A stretch of DNA of 64,000 nucleotides. It comes from Candidatus Latescibacterota bacterium (lineage in GTDB: Bacteria; Latescibacterota; UBA2968; UBA8231). This document shows positions 58,284 to 64,000 of the stretch, piece after piece (position 1 is the first letter of the stretch; every line of letters begins with the position of its first letter). Below the pieces are notes generated by a model that saw only the letters and a list, made by a program, of their open reading frames with translations, was not told the origin of the DNA and did no database searches. The stretch is from positions 96,001 to 160,000 of the forward strand of contig CBDFJF010000002.1 of assembly GCA_965248265.1 (NCBI GenBank), written 5' to 3'. A program made the position numbers and the translations under genes.

Positions 58284-59261
58284 CTACTTCTTGCTCTTGG
58301 CCAGCTTGTTGCGCAGCGTACCGATGCCGGAGATTTCGACCTCTACGACGTCACCCTTCTTCATGTAGGTGCCGGTCGTGGCGCCCACTCCAGAAATTGT
58401 CCCGGTGCTGATCATGTCGCCCGGCTCGAGGGTCAGGAATGCCGAGATGTAGGCGATGATGTTGGCGACCGGGGTCAGCATCTGGCCGGTGTTGTTGTGC
58501 TGTTTGCGCACACCGTTGATGTAGGTGCTGATGTCGAGGGTCTGCGGGTTGCGGATCTCATCGGTGGTGACGATCCAGGGACCCTGCGGCGCGAATGAAT
58601 CCAGCCACTTGCCGTTGAGCCAGTCGAACCAGGAATCCTTGGGCCGGGGATCTGAACGCTTCTTCACCTGGAGCTTGCGCTCCGACACGTCATTCATGCA
58701 GGTATAGCCGGCCACGTACTTCAAGGCATCCTTAGCCTTCACGCCCTTGGCCTTACGGCCGATGATGACGGCCAGCTCACCTTCCCAGTCGACGGTGCGG
58801 GCGATGGGCGAGATCAGTATCGAGTCGCCAGGGCCGGTTACCGTCGTCGTCGGCGGTTTCATGAACACGTAGGGTGTCTCGTAGTCCTGGGCGACCATCT
58901 TGCGGCCACCCTCCTCGAGATGGTCCTGGTAGTTGCCGGCCAGACACAGCAGCTTGCGGGGATTGGGGTTGGGGGCGAGCAACCGCACACGACTGAGATT
59001 GTGGGTGGCCTTGCCGTCGGCCTTCGGCTTGGCGCCCAGTTTGCCCTCGGCGGCACGAACCGCCTTGCGGGCCGCGGCCATGCCCTTGTTGCCGGCCTCG
59101 AGCAGGGACAGCATGTCCGTGAAGAAATCGTGTGACTTGCGCTTCTCCTTGCGAGCCAGAGCGCGATCGGCACTGACGAGGTCGACGACGATCTTGTCAC
59201 CGGCTATGACCGCACCAACCTGGGGATTGCCCTGCTTTACTTTGTAGGTGACCAATTTCAT
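58284..59261 (-). CDS. Fumarylacetoacetate hydrolase family protein
   Basis: LAGNY..H, FMKP, DWEGEL, NDVSER, GK, LEPGDMISTGT. Confidence 0.93.
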   Translation of the reverse strand: MKLVTYKVKQGNPQVGAVIAGDKIVVDLVSADRALARKEKRKSHDFFTDMLSLLEAGNKGMAAARKAVRAAEGKLGAKPKADGKATHNLSRVRLLAPNPNPRKLLCLAGNYQDHLEEGGRKMVAQDYETPYVFMKPPTTTVTGPGDSILISPIARTVDWEGELAVIIGRKAKGVKAKDALKYVAGYTCMNDVSERKLQVKKRSDPRPKDSWFDWLNGKWLDSFAPQGPWIVTTDEIRNPQTLDISTYINGVRKQHNNTGQMLTPVANIIAYISAFLTLEPGDMISTGTISGVGATTGTYMKKGDVVEVEISGIGTLRNKLAKSKK

Positions 59262-59447
59262 TGTCACGAACTCCTTCGAGATGTTGGGTTGGGGTGTTCC
59301 AGAAGACGAGCTTCCATCGATTGGCGACTGCCTGAATGAGCGCCTATCCTTCTATTTTGACAATTCGATTAACACCGATTAACACCGACCAACACCAAAG
59401 CCAGGTGGCAGCCACAGGGACCGAATGGTGAAGAGACTGAGTTGACG

Positions 59448-60044
59448 ATGTCTGATAGCGATTATTTCGTTCATGAAAGTGCCCGCGTCGACACGCCCTG
59501 CGAGATCGGCTCCGGCACCAAGATCTGGCATTTCTCCCATGTCATGGCCGGTGTCAGCATCGGCCACAGCTGTAATCTGGGTCAAAATGTCTACATCGAT
59601 GCCGATGTGGAAATCGGGAATCGCTGCAAGATCCAGAACAACGTCTCCGTATACAAGGGGGTCATTCTGGAGGACGGGGTGTTCTGCGGGCCTTCCGCCG
59701 TGTTCACGAATGTAATCAATCCGCGTGCCTTCATCGAACGCAAGGACGAATTCAAGCCGACGAGGGTCGGGCGGGGGGCCACGCTGGGGGCCAACTGCAC
59801 AATCCTGTGTGGCAGCACGATCGGCAACTTCGCCATGATCGGCGCCGGAGCGGTAGTCACGACTGACGTACCAGACTTCGCACTGGTGTACGGGGTGCCG
59901 GCACGTCAGCGCGGATGGATCTGCGTCTGTGGGATCGGACTGCCGGCGGCATCGGGGGAGGCCGAATTGCAGTGTTCGGCGTGTCAGCGGCAGTACCGGC
60001 TCGCCACCGATGAGCTGCAGGCCCTGGCTGACGTCGAAATCTAG
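59448..60044 (+). CDS. WbpD-like hexapeptide-repeat N-acetyltransferase
   Basis: [32 protein letters not shown]-terminal CxC...CxxC. Confidence 0.88.
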   Translation: MSDSDYFVHESARVDTPCEIGSGTKIWHFSHVMAGVSIGHSCNLGQNVYIDADVEIGNRCKIQNNVSVYKGVILEDGVFCGPSAVFTNVINPRAFIERKDEFKPTRVGRGATLGANCTILCGSTIGNFAMIGAGAVVTTDVPDFALVYGVPARQRGWICVCGIGLPAASGEAELQCSACQRQYRLATDELQALADVEI

Positions 60045-60050
60045 TAGCCG

Positions 60051-60914
60051 TCAGCCGGTCGGAAATGACAGCGGGAATGTCGGTTCCTGCGCTTGATGCC
60101 GGGTGCGCGGTTCGATCTTCATCTCGTGGTACTCCTCGACGAATTGCGCCAGGTTCCGTGACGCTTCCTCGAAGACCAGCTTGCCCTTCTCCGCCGTAGC
60201 TTTCTCCGCTTCGCCCATCACGCCCGTGTCAGTGTACTGACTGGTCCATTCGACCAGTCCCATCGGGCCGCAGCCGTACAGGTCCATCCAGAGGAACTTG
60301 GATCCCCGTTTGTTGGTCTTGGCGATCTCGCTCTTGATGCGGTCCTCTCTCACACTCTCGGGGGCCAAGTGCAACATCATCGAGGTCTCCAGCTCTCCCG
60401 CGTGGGCGACGCCGCCCGGGAAGACACTCTCCCGCCACTGCTTCTCGAAGTCGGGATTCACCGACAACAGCTGCCACCAGCTGCAGAACACGCAACTGGC
60501 ATCGGTCTCGACGATCAAACGCCGGGAGACGGTCTCGACGAGATTGTGGTTGGAGCCGTGACCGTTGACGATGATGATTTTCTTGAAGCCGTGATAGGCC
60601 AGACTCTTGCAGATGTCCAAACAGTACTGAATGAAGTGTTCGTGATGGATGTTCAGGGATCCCGGGAAATCCATCACATGATGGACGTAACCATAACTCA
60701 CCGGCGGCAGCACCAGGCTTAGCTCCGGGCTAAGCCTGGCGGCCTCCGAGGCGACGGCATTAGCGCACAGGTGGTCGACCTTCAAGGGCAGGTGGTGGCC
60801 GTGTTGTTCGACCGACCCGGTCGGCAGGATCGGGATCTTGCCCATGGCCACGGCCTCGTTGACTTCGGGCCAGGTGAGTTCGTCAAAGCGGTAGATCTTC
60901 TCAACGGATGACAT
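60051..60914 (-). CDS. Creatininase-family amidohydrolase
   Basis: PTGSVEQHGHHLPLKVD, FPGS, NGHGSN, HAGELETS, ATAEKG. Confidence 0.92.
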   Translation of the reverse strand: MSSVEKIYRFDELTWPEVNEAVAMGKIPILPTGSVEQHGHHLPLKVDHLCANAVASEAARLSPELSLVLPPVSYGYVHHVMDFPGSLNIHHEHFIQYCLDICKSLAYHGFKKIIIVNGHGSNHNLVETVSRRLIVETDASCVFCSWWQLLSVNPDFEKQWRESVFPGGVAHAGELETSMMLHLAPESVREDRIKSEIAKTNKRGSKFLWMDLYGCGPMGLVEWTSQYTDTGVMGEAEKATAEKGKLVFEEASRNLAQFVEEYHEMKIEPRTRHQAQEPTFPLSFPTG

Positions 60915-60943
60915 GCGAAATCTTTCTCCCGAAATCAGGTGAG

Positions 60944-61618
60944 TTAGTCAGTTGAGTCATAGGCCAGCGGATCGTCGGCGTCGTTGGCCTTGAAGGCCGT
61001 CAGGCGTTCGACACAGGCATCACATTGCCCACAGGCAGGCCGCCGGCCGGCGTAGCAGGTGTGGGTGAGCTCATAGGGGACGCCCAGCTGCAAGCCGAGG
61101 GCGATCACTTCCGACTTCCATTTGTCGACGAACGGCGTGTGCAAGCGCACGGCTCTATCGTTGCATCCGCCAAGCTGCAGTGTGGTCTCGAGGGCATCGT
61201 AGAACTCGCGTCGACAATCGCGATAGGCCTCGTAGTCATCGCGCACCGGGGCGATGTAGATGTCGGCGATGTGATGAGTTTCGGCATAGGCGGCGGCGGC
61301 TGTGACGAACAGGAGATTGCGGAACGGCACTACCGTGGCGGCCTGTCGCCGGTCCGTGGCCGCGGGTACCTGAACCGTGGGGTCGGTGAGGGGGTTTCCG
61401 GCCAATAATGAGAGGTCCAACTGTAAGGTTTGGTGACTGTGCGCCGCGCAGCGGGTAGCCAGTTGCGCAGCGTAGTCGATCTCCACGCGATGACGTTGCC
61501 CGTAGTCGATGCTGACGGCGTGCACGTCCACATCCGGCTGCTGGTCGCGCAGCCACCAGAGGCAGGTAGCCGAATCCATGCCACCACTTAATAGTAGTAC
61601 AGCGGACGGGATGCTCAT
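60944..61618 (-). CDS. queC: 7-cyano-7-deazaguanine synthase
   Basis: LSGGMDS, YGQRH, VPFRN, YRDCR, TCY...CGQCDAC..R. Confidence 0.93.
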   Translation of the reverse strand: MSIPSAVLLLSGGMDSATCLWWLRDQQPDVDVHAVSIDYGQRHRVEIDYAAQLATRCAAHSHQTLQLDLSLLAGNPLTDPTVQVPAATDRRQAATVVPFRNLLFVTAAAAYAETHHIADIYIAPVRDDYEAYRDCRREFYDALETTLQLGGCNDRAVRLHTPFVDKWKSEVIALGLQLGVPYELTHTCYAGRRPACGQCDACVERLTAFKANDADDPLAYDSTD

Positions 61619-61689
61619 GGAACTCTGCTGGTGCGGTCGGAGTTAAGGTATAGAGGCCTGTTGCGGAACTACGTGATCGAACTCTCCGG

Positions 61690-61772
61690 ACACTAGCGGG
61701 AGGAGGCGGATGTGTCAACAATGCAGCGTTGGCGCGTCTTGCTTGACATGCTTTTGAGTGGACGGTTACGTT
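61690..61772. promoter_or_regulatory. Back-to-back sigma70 promoters (queC and DUF502)
   Basis: Minus TTGACA-17-TAGTGT (61718-61690); plus TTGACA-18-TACGTT (61743-61772). Confidence 0.5.
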
Positions 61773-61838
61773 GACGAGTTGACCGCAGGCGGAGCAGAGC
61801 ACGATGATAGAAACATGATAGAAACACGGCAATAGCCA

Positions 61839-62630
61839 ATGGCAGAATCAGAGACTCAAGACGTCGTCCAGTCACCAGAGAAGCAGTCATCAGAGAGGAG
61901 CAGGCCGCGCTTAGGTCAACGACTGAGGCGGACCCTGCTGGCCGGTCTCACCGTGATCGCGCCGCTGTGGATTACGGGATTCGTTCTGCTCAAGCTGTTC
62001 GAGTGGGCGGCCGGCTTCTCCCGTCCCCTGATCAAGCCGTTCGCCGCGGTTCTGGGTGATCCTGATTTTTATCACCCAGCCGTGGGCTTTGTCATCACCA
62101 TCCTGATCGTGCTGTTGGTTGGTGCCATGACGACGGTCGTGTTCGGGCGGCGACTGCTTCACAATGGTCGCGAGGCGCTGGAACGCTTGCCCATCGTGCG
62201 CACGATATACGCGCCCATACACCGGTTGATGGAGACGATGACGTCACCGGAGAAGGCCGGCTTTCAGAAGGTCATCCTCTTCGAATACCCCCGCAAAGGT
62301 CTGTGGACGCTCGGGTTTCTGGCCGGCAATGTGCCCTTCGAGGCCGGCGGGTCACACGCCCACTCCGTGTTCATCCCCACCGCTCCCAACCCGACCACCG
62401 GATTCATGCTCATCATCCCGCAGAGCGAAATGAAGCACACCAATCTGACGATCGAGGAAGCGTTTCAGATGATTGTCTCTGCCGGAGTGGCGGTGCCGCT
62501 GGCGTTGAAGCTGCCTTCGGAGGTCGGTGGGGAAGGGGGATCGAACGAGATTGGCCGTGATGTGATCGAGCGTGCCGCTGCCCAATCCCAAGCCATTGGC
62601 TCTCAACCTAGCTCTCAACCTAATGGTTAG
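61839..62630 (+). CDS. DUF502-domain membrane protein
   Basis: AGLTVIAP, LPIVRTIY, EYPRKG, VFIPTAPNPTTGF, IVSAG. Confidence 0.9.
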   Translation: MAESETQDVVQSPEKQSSERSRPRLGQRLRRTLLAGLTVIAPLWITGFVLLKLFEWAAGFSRPLIKPFAAVLGDPDFYHPAVGFVITILIVLLVGAMTTVVFGRRLLHNGREALERLPIVRTIYAPIHRLMETMTSPEKAGFQKVILFEYPRKGLWTLGFLAGNVPFEAGGSHAHSVFIPTAPNPTTGFMLIIPQSEMKHTNLTIEEAFQMIVSAGVAVPLALKLPSEVGGEGGSNEIGRDVIERAAAQSQAIGSQPSSQPNG

Positions 62631-64000
62631 GTAGTCGGAACTACGGCCGGCGCCACTGCGTTCAACTCAGGCGCCAGCGCCTCGTAGGCAGCGAAGTGCT
62701 CGTTGAAGCGTCGGGCGAGATCAGCAGCAGACTCGTCGTAGGCGGCCCCGTCCTTCCAGGTGGCCTTCGGATTCAGAATCTCAATCGGTACGCGTGGGCA
62801 TTGTCGCGGTACCTGCAGGCCGAACCAGGGATCGGGGTCACACGGCGTGTCGTCGAGCAGTCCCTCTTGTATGGCCGTGACGATGGCTCGAGTGTGAGCG
62901 ATCGAGATACGCTGGCCGACTCCATACCCGCCACCGCTCCATCCGGTGTTGACGAGCCAGCAGCGGCTGCCGTGCTGATGGATTTTTTCGCCCAGCATGC
63001 GCGCGTAAAAGGCGGGGGGCAGCACCAGGAAGGGTGCGCCGAAGCAGGGGGAAAACGTCGCCGTCGGTTCGCTGACGCCGCGCTCGGTGCCTGCAACCTT
63101 GGCGGTGTAACCGGAGATGAAGTGGTACATGGCCTGATCGGCCGAGAGTTGCGACACTGGAGGCAGGACGCCGAAGGCGTCGCACGTCAACATAATGATG
63201 TGCGCGGGATGATCTCCCAGGCCGTCGTCACCGGCATTTGGAATGAAGCTGAGAGGGTAACTGACGCGCGTGTTCTCGGTAAGCGAGTCGTCGTCGAAGT
63301 CGACGCGGCCGGCGTCGTCGCAGACGACATTTTCGAGAATGGAGCCAAACCGCCTGGAGGCAGCGTAGATCTCCGGTTCAGCCTCTGCGCTCAGGTGGAT
63401 GGCCTTGGCATAGCAGCCGCCCTCAAAGTTGAAGACGCCTCGGTCGGTCCAGCCATGCTCGTCGTCGCCGATCAGGCAACACTCCGCGTTCGCCGACAGG
63501 GTCGTTTTTCCCGTACCTGAGAGTCCGAAGAACAGGGTGGTCTCGCCGGCCGCATTGATGTTGGCCGAACAGTGCATGCTGAGAACGCCCTGCTTGGGCA
63601 GCAGATAGTTGAGCAGTGTAAACACCGACTTCTTGAGCTCACCGGCGTAACAGGTGCCGCCGATCAGGATGAGCTTTCGGGCGAAGTTCAACAGCACGAA
63701 GGCTTCGGATCGGGTGTGGTCACGATCCGGCTCCGCCATGAAACCGGGGGCGTAGACGAGATGCCAGTCGGGTTCGAAGGTGCCTTTTTCCAGCGTCTGC
63801 GCGTCCGGGCAGATGAACATGTTGCGGGCGAACAGACTGTGCCAAGCGAACTCGTTGACGACGCGTACAGACAATTGCAACTGAGGATCAGCGCCGGCGT
63901 AGAGATCCTGGACGAAGACGTCGCGGCCTTCGAGGTAAGCAATGACCCGTTCGAACAGGGCATCGAAGTGGGCGCTCTCGAAGGGCTGGTTGACGTCGCC
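62627..64000 (-). CDS. pckA: Phosphoenolpyruvate carboxykinase (ATP), 5'-partial
   Basis: YAGELKK, MHCSAN, FGLSGTGKTTLS, IGDDEHGW, FNFEGGCYAK, CFGAPF; frame open to the window edge. Confidence 0.97.
   Translation of the reverse strand, partial: GDVNQPFESAHFDALFERVIAYLEGRDVFVQDLYAGADPQLQLSVRVVNEFAWHSLFARNMFICPDAQTLEKGTFEPDWHLVYAPGFMAEPDRDHTRSEAFVLLNFARKLILIGGTCYAGELKKSVFTLLNYLLPKQGVLSMHCSANINAAGETTLFFGLSGTGKTTLSANAECCLIGDDEHGWTDRGVFNFEGGCYAKAIHLSAEAEPEIYAASRRFGSILENVVCDDAGRVDFDDDSLTENTRVSYPLSFIPNAGDDGLGDHPAHIIMLTCDAFGVLPPVSQLSADQAMYHFISGYTAKVAGTERGVSEPTATFSPCFGAPFLVLPPAFYARMLGEKIHQHGSRCWLVNTGWSGGGYGVGQRISIAHTRAIVTAIQEGLLDDTPCDPDPWFGLQVPRQCPRVPIEILNPKATWKDGAAYDESAADLARRFNEHFAAYEALAPELNAVAPAVVPTT

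Noticed and set aside
60051-60914. Mycofactocin peptidase MftE / RiPP cluster
   Set aside because: No precursor peptide, MftB or MftC radical SAM nearby
60944-61618. Defence-associated QueC (QatC, CBASS type IV, Dpd)
   Set aside because: Canonical length and motifs, with no qat, CBASS or dpd neighbours
61686-61696. GGACACTAG as another MITE end remnant
   Set aside because: Better explained as the -10 box of the queC promoter, spaced 17 bp from TTGACA
13319-63520. Many long antisense ORFs (e.g. 13319-14332, 34785-35606, 53230-54153, 57304-58281, 62696-63520)
   Set aside because: They lie opposite well-supported genes and have no family motifs; expected in high-GC DNA
1-64000. CRISPR array, rRNA, transposase/integrase or prophage genes
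   Set aside because: No regularly spaced repeat-spacer pattern and no such protein motifs; tRNA-Leu has no adjacent integrase or duplicated 3' end

Overview
GC-rich bacterial chromosomal window (estimated ~60% GC by eye) with about 60 genes. Gene content loosely suggests an uncultured Latescibacterota/Gemmatimonadota-like lineage; this is a weak inference. Core genes: aroC, carA, proC-hisH-hisF-proB, ftsB-recO-glyQS, tRNA-Leu(TAG)-tig-clpP-clpX-engB-serA-purA-prpB-prpC, purN, queC and a partial pckA. Accessory loci: an RND/TolC efflux pair, an internally duplicated UxaA-family enzyme, a histone-H1-like/SWIB protein, and a TIM-barrel/sat/adenosine-deaminase-like operon whose Sat looks like the sulfur-oxidiser type. 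Also present are a five-gene operon led by a duplicated-repeat membrane protein, a GHKL/MORC-like ATPase behind a vapBC module, a form-II cox (molybdenum hydroxylase) cluster with maturation genes, and a FolC-ATP-grasp fusion after moaA. Non-coding features include a ~165-bp MITE-like element, a multi-stem ~195-nt RNA candidate before tRNA-Leu, several terminators and promoters, and two broken genes (arsC-like, rraA-like). I saw no CRISPR array, rRNA, transposase or prophage. The best candidates for undescribed systems are the FolC-ATP-grasp double ligase, the repeat-membrane-protein/GMC operon, the vapBC-GHKL ATPase unit and the structured RNA. All calls come from motif recognition by eye; no searches were run.
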